From Eledone cirrhosa (lineage: Eukaryota): 64,000 nucleotides of DNA. The stretch covers positions 197,904,001-197,968,000 of the forward strand of contig OZ024742.1 of assembly GCA_964016885.1 (NCBI GenBank), in the 5' to 3' direction. Below are positions 12,761 through 25,855 of this stretch, in pieces. The notes below the pieces were generated by a model, which saw nothing but the letters and a program-made list of their open reading frames with translations, was not told the DNA's origin and searched no databases. Each line of letters starts with the position of its first letter. Position 1 is the stretch's first letter. The position numbers and the translations under genes are program-made.

Positions 12761-14157
12761 TCCTATACAACAGGCTATTTTGCATACCAATAAATTAACT
12801 CAACAAGATAGAGCAATCAGATATGGTGAGTCCCAGCAAAGTAAGAATCTTACCTAAGATTTGCACACAAATCTTACTATAAGATTTGCACACAAGGCCA
12901 GCACATGGACATTTAGCACCCTAGGCTAGCCATACAATGTGCACCCCATTCCCACAATTATGTATCCCATTCTCCCAAAGAAAGTAATTTCAACTTACAG
13001 TTTATTAAGCTGACAAATCAAGTTTCTGACACTTCATGCACACTAAGAAAATGACTAAACCTGCATTTTCTGTTACACAGTCAACACTCACCCACACCAA
13101 AGCATGTAACATATCACAACACCATACAACCCTCTCCACCACTTTGGCATATTTTCACAAAGCTATTATGCAGCAAAGGTGTTTAGCAATTAATTTATTG
13201 ATCACAAGAAACTATTACAGATTAATTTGTATAATTTAATTATACAAATATGAATAAAACTGATTCTTTAAGATTCATTGATGTGCCTCCCTGAGTTCTG
13301 TGCTCGAGGCCTGGTCAGCCTTAATGACAGTACCAGCCCTGCTTGCACAGTTGTTCAGTTTTAAACTTGGGTATTTCCTTTTAATTTCATTTTATATACC
13401 TAAAGCGAAACCCACCCCTCTTGGTTAAAATACGTTAGCAGTCAATTTATATCTTAAAGCTGGCCAAAAGAAAACATCAATAATAGACTGAAAAGAAAAT
13501 TAAATCAATTATAGATCACACCTAGGCAGGTTTGGCAATGCTCTTACAAGGTTGAATCTCATGGTTTCTCAGATGTTTTAATGATAGGGAACCCAGTCCT
13601 GTCATGAATAGCAATGTGAAATGGAGTGTCTTGCTCAAAACACAATGAGCTGTCCAATCCAACACCCTAACCACTAAGCCACGTACCTTCACCAATCATA
13701 GATTGGGTGTCAATTCCATTCTGAAGTCAATTTTGCCTTTCATCCATTCAAGGTCAATAAAAGAAGTACCAGTCTAGTACTGGGGTCGATTCTTCCTCTA
13801 GATCTCTTTCTTACTTCCATACTCTCACTTTTTATATCCTGCTCTGGAAGAAATCTGCTGAATTCAGACCTGGAGAAGATTGGGCTCCTCCAGGTTTAAA
13901 GATGCCCTAGAAATGCTGTATGTCAAAACAGCGCCCCTACAACTGCTTCAGGAGTCATTGGACCATGTATGCATTTATTCCACTGGTTATATCATCTAGC
14001 ACACGCTGCCATTTCTTCCCATCAAATAACAAAGTCATTAAAATCATCACAAATCTTTTTCTCATCCAATTTTTACGAGAACCCCTACACTTTATGTAAC
14101 TTGTCTTTGTAATGTTCCCACTTCATTCGGTGCCCCTGTGGGGCATTATTATTGTAG

Positions 14158-14360
14158 ATTGGCATTATTGTTACAGCTGTCAAATATGCTTTGTGACATA
14201 TAGTTATGGCCCTTTACATTTTGAATTCAAATCCCACTGAAGTTAGCTTTGTCTTTCATCCTTACAGGGTCAATAAAATAGTACCAGTAACACACTGGGG
14301 TCAATTTAATCGACTTTCCCCTTCCCTTCAAACTGCTGGGCATGTGGCAAAAGTAAAAAC
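14158..14360 (+). mobile_element. SINE family A
   Basis: gaattcaaatccc B box; gtctttcatccttacagggtcaataaaatagtaccag. Confidence 0.6.
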
Positions 14361-14504
14361 AATTGTCATCATCATTGTTATTTATTGGTTAGTTTTTCTC
14401 AATGCAAACCAACTTTTAGTAAAAGAAGCAAATATATGAGGCAGAGTTGTTTAGTGAATAGTAAAGCATGTGCGTGTATACACACACACACGATACACAT
14501 ACAC

Positions 14505-14540
<36 letters not shown>

Positions 14541-14760
14541 GCACACATATGCAGGAGTTTGATGCAAGCTTGGATAGTTAATATTTTGAAGTCGAGAAAA
14601 TGTTAGTGGAGAAGATTGCAGAGAGAGAATGGGGGGAGCAGTAGCTATATGAAAGAGAGGGTTAGCTATAAAAACAAAGAGCAGCAATTATATAGAATAT
14701 AGAGAGGGATGCAAAGCTATAGAAGATGTATATTTATTTATGTATCTAGGTATGTATGCA

Positions 14761-14811
<51 letters not shown>

Positions 14812-15724
14812 TGAAGCTATAGGAGAGAGATACATATGTAAAGAGTGGAAGCTGTATATATTAGCTGTATATATTAGAGTGAAAAGCTATGAGAAACAGA
14901 GCGCAGCAGTTATAGGAAATAGAGAGGGATATAGCTATACAAGATGGAGAGAGAGAGAAATGAAGCTATGAGGGAGAGAGAAAAAGAGAGAGAGGGAAAG
15001 AGAAAGACAGACAGTGAGTAGTGAGTGAGTGCCTTTTAGGAGAAAAGAGGAAAAATAAAGGCACTGCGTTTTTAAACGGACACAAACGTTCCATACATAC
15101 CTGGAGAATTCCACTATTGCCGGAAGCAATCTGGTTGACGTTGGGTAGTGACCCTCCACGGTATGCACCAAGGTTTTGGGTTATGTGCAAATGTTTTTGA
15201 AACGCCCCCTGTCGTAGTATATATAAGTGATATATGAATATACAAGCCATGAACCTAGTGAGGTAGGTAGGTAGGTCTTGGGTTAGTTAGGTTTTACGTT
15301 GGGTTATGGTTAGGGTATAATTAGTTTAGATTTGTGTTATGTAGTGCTTAGGCTAGGTTACATTAAGCACCCCGAATAAGAGGCTTCTTTTTTTAAGCGA
15401 GCCAAAATAGTATGTATATATACGCTGTCATGAAATATTGTGTAGTAGTGATGTATGTATGTAACGGTACGTGTATGTATGTAGCAGTGTGTATGTGTAT
15501 ATCTATCTCTGTGACGGTAGATGTGTATATGTGTATGTACAAGTGTATGAAGCAGTTCGATGAAAAACAAAAATGAATAAATAAGATAAATATATCAAAC
15601 TAAGCACCAGGTATGAAAAATTAGTAGTCATTGTGATATGATAAACTAAGATCACAGTAATGTGGTGCTCCAGCATGGTCGTAGTCTAATGACTACGACC
15701 ATGCTGGTTGTAAAAAAACGAATA

Positions 15725-15852
15725 TATATGATGACCGCAAACTCGTGTTCAAGCATTGCCATCGACTGATAAAATGCTAAAAAATGCGAGGCACGAATAT
15801 GGCTCTTTAAACCAGCCAAAGACTTGCACCCTCTGGCACACACACGGCAACA
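15725..15852 (-). pseudogene. 3' terminal fragment of an RTE (BovB-like) LINE with a C2H2 zinc finger
   Basis: Minus-strand translation CRVCARGCKSLAGLKSHIRASH, followed by a short 3' UTR. Confidence 0.55.
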
Positions 15853-16184
15853 ATATATATATATATATATATACACACACGCAGACATATATACACACAA
15901 ATATATACACACACACACACACATATATACATACACACATACATACATATATACATACACACATACATACATACATACATACACATATATATACGTACAC
16001 ACATAAATACGTACACATACACATATATATACATATATATAAAGTCATTCTTAAGCCAGAAGGCTCATTAGGTTGGTGCTTATCCTGGTTTCGTCGCGTG
16101 AAACAACTGAGAGTACAAGCGTTCTCCTTGGAACAGGACGCCAGTCCATCGCAGGGTTAAAACCTCAGCTATTGCTGGTACTCA

Positions 16185-16317
16185 TTTTCGGCTGAGTATA
16201 ATTGTGCAACATGAAATGAAGTGTTTTGCTCAAGAACACATGCAACGCAGGCCAGGAATCGAACCCACGACATGATCGTTAGTCCAACACCCTTACCTCT
16301 AGGCCACGCACCTCCAC
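16185..16317 (-). mobile_element. tRNA-derived CORE-type SINE head
   Basis: Minus strand: ggaggcgtgtggcctagaggtaaggg...gggttcgattcc...ttgagcaaaacacttcatttca. Confidence 0.7.
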
Positions 16318-16339
16318 CATACATATATACACATACATA

Positions 16340-18745
16340 CAGAGTTCTTAAAGACTACTTGCAGAAGGTCCTGTCAGAAGCAACCATCTCCCAATTGATC
16401 TGGCTGGACCCCCAGCGATTCTTTCGTCAGCGATTCTTTCGTCAGCGATTCTTTGTCCAGCGATTCTTTCCCAAGACATTCTAACCACATGCCCATAATA
16501 TCAGAAGTAGCTGCTTTACATCAAGCAACTCACTTATCTCAGGGCTACACACTTAATCAATTAAAGTTACTTCAAAAACCCTTCGAAGGAACCCCATTTC
16601 AGACACTTACATTCGTGATCGTATTCTTTCAGTCATTCTCAAGATTCATGACCATGAGTACAGGTTGACATGAGTACCGAATTGACGATAGCAAGTTTGA
16701 CATTTACACCATCTTCCCTTTTTGCACATTACTGCACCAGCTCCTGTGATTCTTGCACTTAATTCAGCCTCATGCCTTCCATCACTTGTGAACACACCCT
16801 AAGACACTTGAAGTTCTCCACCTGCTTCGGCGGAACTCCATTCACCTGTCGACTGCACTGTGCAGGCTTCCTTGAGAAGATAAGTGTCTCAGTCTTTGCA
16901 GCAATAATTTCCATTCCAGTCATGCAGCACTCAGCATCAAACCTATCAAGTGCATGCTGGACATCACCTGGTGAATTAAATAATACCAAGTTGTCTGCAA
17001 ATTCTAGCCAACTGATCTTACTCCCGCCAGTTGTAATAATACCTCCAACCATGCTGCACATGTCAATCCTGTTCATGAAAATAATGAATAGGAAAAGTGA
17101 CATTAAGCATCCTTGGTGGAGTCCAACTTCCATATAGAATGGTTTCGATTTAGGACCATTTATCCAAACACAAATACTCAAGCATTTGTATAGAGACATC
17201 AGTGCAACAATAAGCTGACTATCGAACCCATACTCCTGTAGTCCCTTCCAAAGCAGGTCCTGAGGAATGTAGTCATATGCCTTTTCAATGTTTACAAAGC
17301 AAAAATACACATCTTAGCATACTCACAATTTCTCAAAGGCCTGCTACAGTGTGAATATTTGGTCGGCTGTGCTACATTGAGGGCAAAAACCACACTGTTC
17401 ATCAGCTAGCTTGGACTCGACAATCATCCTACATCTCTTTGCCAGACACTTAGCATAGACTTTACCAGGGAGGCTTAACAACGAGATGCCGTTATAATTG
17501 GAGCAATCTCTCATCTCCCTTTTTGAAAATTGGGATTATCACTCCCAATTGATATTACTTAGAATCTGAAGTCCAGAGATCCAGGCCACCCAGCACACAT
17601 GTCAGGTAGAAGTATTTAAGGCTTTTAACAACTGCGGCCGAATTTCATCCTCCCCAGTGGCCTTGTCACATTTGAGCTCTTTAATTGCTCTTGTGACCTA
17701 AACCTCAGAGAATTTTCCTCACTCCCAGATGCACCTAGTGTCCATCCGAAGATGCTGTCGTGATCGGGTTTAGGAGATCAGCAAAGTATTCTCTCCACCT
17801 TGCGAGGATGCACCTCTCTGAAGAGTAGAGAACCCCAGACGCGTTCCTGATAACAGATGTGATTGAGGACATCTTATTACAACGTCAGTGGATGCTGTAC
17901 CAGAACACTTTATTTGCTGATCTAATGTCCAATTCAAATTTAACCCTAAAGTCCACCCATGTCTTAATTTTGGACACTTTTAGTGTCTCTGCTGCAATTT
18001 TTCATGCCTGCTTGTACCGCAAGTGCACGGAGGAGGGCTTATTTCCATGCCATCCTTCTTTATTCAGATGGCATCGTTGACCTCTTGATTGAACAAAAAG
18101 ATCCTCAAGCCATCCAGCGTCACACCAAGTCTCTTTAATAAGCAGCATTTAATAGTTTCAATGTCCTCAGTTTGCTCAGGGAGTTCTCTGAATTTAGATG
18201 CAATAATATCTGCATACCTAATCCTGACTTATCAACAAGTTTATCCTGTAGGTCAAACCAAACCTGCCAATTTTAAGGGCTTCTTTGGCTTTAAGGTAGT
18301 CTCATTGCATATAACTAGATAGTGATCAGTTGACAGTTTAGCCCCTCACTTAAAACAAACATTGAACACAGAATCGAAGAGATCAGAGACAATAACAAAA
18401 TCAATTACTGATCTTGGTCTCTGATTCTCCTTATATCATGTATATTTATGGATGTCTCTGTGCTGGAAGAAGGTACCTATAAAATAAAGCCCATTGCTAA
18501 AACAGAAGTCTAATAAAGCCTTTCCATGTCAGGTGGTCAGTGGCAACATGTGCATTGAAGTCTCCCATTTGGATATATGACTCAATCATAACTACATCAA
18601 ATGCTGCAGTGACTTCATCAAGGAAGGACCTGTATTCAGACACCTTGTTTGGTGTATAAACTTGCACCACCCACAGAGACCTATCTTTCTGTCTAAGCTT
18701 CATGACGTAAATCATCCCTCCTGATGGTATCCAGTCCATAACACA
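16340..18745 (-). pseudogene. Decayed RTE-clade LINE (APE endonuclease + RT)
   Basis: ORF fragments: VQVYTPN...MGDFNAHV (APE); CFVNIEKAYDYIP, GLHQGCLMSLFLF, EFADNLV (RT). Many stops and frameshifts. Confidence 0.85.
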
Positions 18746-18915
18746 TTCTGAAAACTGGGGGGGGGGGGGCTCTGCAGCCATTTCTGGTGGTGAGAGCAGA
18801 CCTCAAATTGCTGGGACTCATGGAAGAATTGACGAAATAACACACCAAGTGAAGAGAGGCTGTGCTGAGAAGGACCCATCCAACCCATGCAAATGTAAAA
18901 TTGATGATGATGATG

Positions 18916-18968
<53 letters not shown>

Positions 18969-19439
18969 TCTAACCCATGCTAGCGTGGAAAATGGACGTT
19001 AAATGAAGATGATGATGACGACGATGATGATGATGACGATGATGATGATATATATATATATCATCATTATTATCATTGTCATTTTCACGTCTGCTTTCCC
19101 TGCTAACAAGGGTTGGACAGGTTCATATAGACCAAGTCAGTACTAAAGCGGAGTCGCTAATCTCCCAGGCAGGCCATGGACCTGTGCACTTGTGTACAGT
19201 CTCACGTTCCATCAAGAGCTCAGGGGAGGTTGTCATGCCTTTGACACAACCTTTTGTTTAGCAAGATTTCTATGACTGGATGCCCTTCCTATCACCAACC
19301 ACTTTACAGTGAGTACTGGGTGCATTTATCGTGTAGATTTCCAACATGCCCTTGATGACTTGAGGGTCCTCCCGACCCTTTGTGTGTATGTATGTATGTA
19401 TGTATATATATATATATATATACACACACATATGTATAC

Positions 19440-20430
19440 ATATGGAAGAGGAAGGTCTAGGAGAGCATGGAACATGATGATAAAAACTGACCTCAAACAA
19501 TTGTACCTCTCAAAGGTAGATTATATAGGATCATGATCTTTGGCATTATGCAGTGCTGTACAAGACCTGCCTTCCCGTGTGCACGGGATGAAGCAACATC
19601 TAGTGGTCTCTAGTATGCACTATTTTACACCTTTCCCCTTCCATACTCTTCCCAAGTCTTAATCACTCCCCAGCGAAGTACACAACTCTAGACCAACCTC
19701 TCCAATAGCCACCCTACATTCACGCACCTCCCCACCCCCACTTTCTACATTTGATGCACCTCTCTTGACCAACCCATGTATACCAGTATGGAAAGCTGAA
19801 CATGCTCTCCCACAATGCTGTTCAAATGGCTAAAAGCTCTCAGCCCACCATGTGCTAATGCAACAAAAGCCATATTGGGTATTCATGTTGGTGTCATGAC
19901 AAAAGAGCACCAAGTCCTCCCTGTTAGATAACATGATAAAAGAGTACCTAACCCTCCATGCAAGGTGGTTGTACTGGTGACATGACAAATGGTCATGTAG
20001 GGGACACGACATGAAGCACCCAGTGCACCCTATAAAGTGGTCCGCCCTGTGGAGTAGTTGGGTTGGTGACACGACAAAGAGTACCCTGTCTGCCTTGCAA
20101 GGTGGTCATAATGGTGACATGACAAAAAGCACCCAGTTCACCTTGTAGGGTGATCATGTTAGCGACAATAAATGCCTAGTCCACCCTGATTAATTATTGT
20201 GTTGACACAACAAAAGTGCAGTCCACACAGTAAAGTGGTCATTTGGGTGCCACGATAAAAAGCACCCAGTCCACATTGTAAATGTGGTGGGCATAAGGAA
20301 GAGCATCCAGTCGTAGAAACCAAGCCAGAAATTGTTCTGTATGAGCAAGACACAGTCATCTGATCTGATTTGACTCTCAACGGGACAACTTGTAAAACCC
20401 ATGCTCGCATGGAAAATGGATGTTAAACAG
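19440..20430 (+). mobile_element. 3' end of an RTE LINE: ORF C-terminus, 3' UTR with tandem units, tail
   Basis: GRGRSRRAWNMMIKTDLKQL resembles the RTE RGRPxxxW motif; degenerate ~48-bp units at 19880-20290; tail gcatggaaaatggatgttaaa. Confidence 0.65.
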
Positions 20431-20454
20431 TGTGTGTGCGCGTGTGCGTGTGTG

Positions 20455-20910
20455 CAGTAATAATACAGAAGACCTGTCTTCCCATGCACACGGACTGAAA
20501 CATTCATCTAGTAGGCACCTCTTATCCACTATTCCCCCCTTTCTATACACCTCCCACTGTAACATTGTTGTGTAGGTGACATGACAAAAAGCGGCCAATC
20601 CACACTGTAAAGTGGTCATGTAGGTGTCACGGCAAAAAGCACCCATCCCACACTGTAACGTGGTCGTGTAGGAGTCACAGCAAAAAGTACCCAGCCCACA
20701 CTGTAACGTGGTCATGTAGGAGTCACGACAAAAAGTACCCAGCCAACACTGTAAATATGGTTGGCGTTCGGAAGGACATCCAACCATAGAAACCGAGCCA
20801 CAAACAATTCTGTATGAGTAAGACACTGACACCTTACCCAACCTGCTTCAAAAGAGACAACCGATCTAACCCATGATGGCATGGAAATTTGATGTTAAAT
20901 GATGATGATA
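20455..20910 (+). mobile_element. RTE 3' UTR copy with four to five 48-bp tandem units
   Basis: Unit ccacactgtaacgtggtcatgtaggagtcacgacaaaaagtacccagc; ends gatgttaaatgatgatgat. Confidence 0.7.
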
Positions 20911-20939
20911 TATATAGAGTTAGGTAGGTATATATATAT

Positions 20940-21262
20940 AAATGCATTCATGGTCCCATAACACCCTGACGGAGTCGTAGGGGTGCCATATACACATGCA
21001 CCGTTTTTAGGGCATTTTTAAACTTGGCAGAGCCCATCTCACCAGCCTCTTAATACAGCAGATTCATTCCAGAGAAAGATAGTGAGAGAATGGAAGTGAT
21101 AAAGAGATATAGAAGAAGAATCAAGCCCAGTTCTAAACTGGTACTTTTTTATCGACCTCAAATGGATGAAAGGATTTGAACTCGGAGAGCAGAGAGCTGA
21201 AATTAATACGGTAAAGCATTCTATACTGTAAAGATGTTCTAACGGCTCTGCCAATTCGACGC
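20940..21262 (-). mobile_element. SINE family A with extended 3' region
   Basis: Minus strand: ggcgtcgaattggcagagccgttag...gagttcaaatcc...tcatcc...gaggtcgataaaaagtaccag. Confidence 0.65.
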
Positions 21263-21482
21263 CTATATACACACACATACTTGTGCCTCGGAGGGGAACT
21301 TTCTAAGTGCAGATCCTATGAGTGATTTGGGACAGAAGGGGTCTTTACCCTTTTTCTATATATAAATACATATATACACATACATATATATATATCATCA
21401 TCACCGTTTTACGTCCGTTCTTCCACGCTAGCATGGGTTAGACATTGAAGAAATAGTTTAACGCTTGACATAGTAGGAAAAG

Positions 21483-21518
21483 TCTTAATGTTACGAACAT
21501 AAGTCCTTCCTCAGAAGA
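21483..21518 (-). ncRNA. Degenerate minimal hammerhead relic
   Basis: Minus strand: tctt-CTGAGGA-aggacttatgttc-GTAA-catt-aaga; GAAA is mutated. Confidence 0.45.
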
Positions 21519-22096
21519 TAGAATAAGCAATATAAGAAGAAATAGAATAGAATAAAGAGTGAGAAGAGGAAAAAACGGAAATATATATAGAGAGAGACAG
21601 ACAGGTATATGCCAGCAGTAGCGAACTGGCAGTGCCATAAGAACATCTCTGCATTCTGAGTTCAAATCCTACTGAGGTTGATAAATGAAGTACCAGTGCA
21701 ATACTGAGGTCGAATTCTAGAAAGAAATCGACTGTGTTCTGATCAGCAGGAGTTGAGGATAGAGAAAGAGAGAAAGAGGGTGTGTCTTTGTGGTGTTGGT
21801 GGATGTGATTGCTAAAACAGTCAACCTGTTGAATTGTGAAAGAATGTTTGTTGCAATGGTTGGTTGGTGTTGCTGGCAGAGAAAATCTGGAAACCAGCAC
21901 ACACACACACACCATATACACACACACACATTAAATACACGCATAGATGTATGTTTTAATCTGCAAAGACGGGGGGGGGGGGTGTCTCAATACTAATGTA
22001 GAGTATAGTTTTTTGTTTTATTAGTATAGTATTTATTTATATTACTGAGTAGCAACAGAAAAAAGAGCTGTTCAATGAAAATCTCACTCCCTCATA

Positions 22097-22172
<76 letters not shown>

Positions 22173-22261
22173 TAGAAGCGATATTTAATTTGTTGGAAAT
22201 CCAACAAATATAAATGTTTATAACTGATTCAGAGCACTCGACAGTTTCTGGAGTAAATATT

Positions 22262-22479
22262 CAATGATATTAAATAAATGGAAACTATATTTATAAAACC
22301 ATATTTATTCTATTATATATATTTCAAGGGCACCAAAAAAAACTTAGGTACGCTTATAAAATACTCTTTGTATTTTACCTGATGAAAGCGTACCAAAGTT
22401 TGTTTTGGTACCCTTGAAATATATATAATAGAATAAATATGGTTTTATAAATATAGTTTCCATTTATTTAATATCATTG
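22262..22479. repeat. Palindrome of PLE pLTR-like sequence (family P1)
   Basis: caatgatattaaataaatgg... / ...ccatttatttaatatcattg; centre ~22365. The minus arm extends to 22168 and is homologous to 33540-33910. Confidence 0.85.
22371..22435 (+). ncRNA. Hammerhead ribozyme (type I, minimal stem III)
   Basis: tattttac-CTGATGA-aagcgtaccaaa/tttggtaccctt-GAAA-tatata-TA-atagaata; one mismatch at the base of stem I. Confidence 0.7.
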
Positions 22480-22544
22480 TGTGTGTGTATATATATACCA
22501 TCAACCACTATAAACACAGAGCAGGCATATCTAAGAACTGACTA

Positions 22545-22600
22545 ACTGCCTGATGAGGTCATAGCCATTCAATGGCTATCATCGAAATATATATAGCAGT
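22545..22600 (+). ncRNA. Hammerhead ribozyme (type I, palindromic stem III) followed by AATAAA
   Basis: actgc-CTGATGA-ggtcatagccat/atggctatcatc-GAAA-tatata-TA-gcagt; perfect 5-bp stem I; AATAAA at 22602. Confidence 0.8.
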
Positions 22601-22690
22601 AAATAAAGGATTACGAGTTCATGCAATTGACTTATGTTTTGTCACTATATATGTATATATATATATATATATATAGTTTTAATATAGAAG

Positions 22691-22741
22691 AGATTCTACA
22701 GGACTAGAACTGTTTCATTCATTAGAAATCATCAGGAATCT
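22691..22741 (-). ncRNA. Hammerhead ribozyme (type I)
   Basis: Minus strand: agattc-CTGATGA-tttctaatgaat-GAAA-cag(ttctagtc)ctg-TA-gaatct; exact mirror of 33137-33187. Confidence 0.75.
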
Positions 22742-23416
22742 GGGTATCAAAAAATAAATATGGTATTTATAGGTCTCTACAAGTGGTAGGAGAGGGTGGG
22801 GAGTGGGATGGGTGCAGGTCATTGGTTGATAGAAAAGGGAATTCATTAAAAGCTAATTCTACAAAGCTATAGTTTATTTTTATTTTTATTTATATTTATT
22901 TATGTTTTTAGAGTAACAAAGGCAGACAGAATTCTATAAACAGGTTCCGGATGGCATACCATTCCTTGTCAATAAGTTTCTCTTAAGCTAACAGATGTCT
23001 ATAAAATCAGAGGGGGGTCAATCATGGTCGATAGAATTAAAGAGAAGGGAGATTCTTTAAAAGCTAAAGTCATTAAGGTTCTACTAAGTGACAAAGGTCC
23101 AGAGAATTCTGCAGACAGATTCAAAATACTGAGTGCATATCTTACTATTATCTTCGAACTTCTCTTAAACTAATCAACTATATGCCAAAAATCAACAGAC
23201 ACATTCACAAAAAAACAAAAAAACAAAAAAACACATACTCACTCACACACTTACGCGCAACCATAAACACACACACAAACACATATACACACATAAAAAC
23301 ACACACACATATATAAAAAATATATAAATATATATAAATATAAATATATATTCATGTACACACACATACATACACACATACATACATACATATACAATAC
23401 ATATACACATATATAC

Positions 23417-23449
<33 letters not shown>

Positions 23450-23474
23450 CATACATATACATACACATATACAT

Positions 23475-23535
<61 letters not shown>

Positions 23536-23644
23536 GATACACACACACATACACATACATACACACACACATACATATATACACAAATAAATACACTCAC
23601 ACGCATACATACAAACACGAGTATACATATGTATAAATATTTAT

Positions 23645-23675
<31 letters not shown>

Positions 23676-23692
23676 CATATATATACATATAT

Positions 23693-23731
<39 letters not shown>

Positions 23732-23914
23732 TATATATATACATACACATATATATATATCCATACATATACAAACATACACATACATACACAGACCTAT
23801 ACATAAATATACAAATATATATACAGACATATAACGCGTATATACACACACATATACATATATATATACATATATATATATATACATATATATACATATA
23901 CATATATATATATA

Positions 23915-23950
<36 letters not shown>

Positions 23951-24322
23951 CATATATACACACACACATACACATATATATATATATACACACACACGCG
24001 CATACACGCATACACACATACACACACCCACACACAAAATATATATACACACTCTCTCACGCACATATATATAAATATATACACACACACATACATACAC
24101 ATATATATACACATATATATATACACACATATATACATCTATACACATATACACATACATATATATATATATACACACACATACACACACATATATACAC
24201 ACATACACAAACAGACACATACAAATACACACATATATACACACATATATACACACACACACACACATATATACATATACATAGATATATATACACATAT
24301 ATATATATATATATACACACAT

Positions 24323-24363
<41 letters not shown>

Positions 24364-24426
24364 CACACATACATATACATACATATATACACACACACAC
24401 ACATATACATATATACATACAAATAT

Positions 24427-24459
<33 letters not shown>

Positions 24460-24462
24460 CAC

Positions 24463-24495
<33 letters not shown>

Positions 24496-24546
24496 TATAC
24501 ACACCTGCCCAAACAACCATATACATATATATATACACACATATAT

Positions 24547-24599
<53 letters not shown>

Positions 24600-24614
24600 C
24601 ACACACATATACAC

Positions 24615-24652
<38 letters not shown>

Positions 24653-24688
24653 GCGCACACACATACATAGATACACATACACACATGC

Positions 24689-24727
<39 letters not shown>

Positions 24728-24752
24728 CACACACACATACATACACATACAT

Positions 24753-24801
<49 letters not shown>

Positions 24802-24884
24802 TACATATACACATATATACACACACATACATACACACATACACATACATATACATAAACATACATACAAACACATATATACAC

Positions 24885-25011
<127 letters not shown>

Positions 25012-25111
25012 CATATACACAAACATATACATACATATACATACATAAATATACACACATAAAACACATATACACACAAACATATATATATACATATATA
25101 TATACACATAC

Positions 25112-25148
<37 letters not shown>

Positions 25149-25417
25149 CACACACACACATACACATATACACATATACAAACAAATATATACACATACA
25201 AGTAAATAGGTACTCAATAAATATACGCATATACGCAGGCACATAAAGACACCTCTACAGGCAGAAAATGTGAGTACCTCTTTCGTATCTACATTTTCTG
25301 CCTGTAGAGGTGTCTTTATGTGCCTGCGTATATGCGTATATTTATTGAGTACCTATTTACTTGTATGTGTATATATATTTGTTTGTATATGTGTATATGT
25401 GTATGTGTGTGTGTGTG

Positions 25418-25458
<41 letters not shown>

Positions 25459-25564
25459 GTATATGTATGTGTATATATATATGTATATATATATGTTTGT
25501 GTGTATATGTGTTTTATGTGTGTATATTTATGTATGTATATGTATGTATATGTTTGTGTATATG

Positions 25565-25637
<73 letters not shown>

Positions 25638-25742
25638 GTGTATATATGTGTTTGTATGTATGTATGTATGTATGTTTATGTATATGTATGTGTATGTGTG
25701 TATGTATGTGTGTGTATATGTGTATATATATGTGTATATGTA

Positions 25743-25791
<49 letters not shown>

Positions 25792-25855
25792 ACGGACGGA
25801 CTGCGGAATCCTGGAGAGTGGAAGGGAGAGAAAAATCTGGACGCCCAGAGCGAAA

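Noticed and set aside
20555-20760. CRISPR-like regular repeats
   Set aside because: Contiguous 48-bp tandem units with no unique spacers, no cas genes, and a eukaryotic retroelement context.
25361-25855. N-terminal extension of the 835-aa ORF
   Set aside because: Read-through from the microsatellite; the plausible RTE start is ATG 25856. The last ~34 aa of the ORF are antisense read-through past the inversion.
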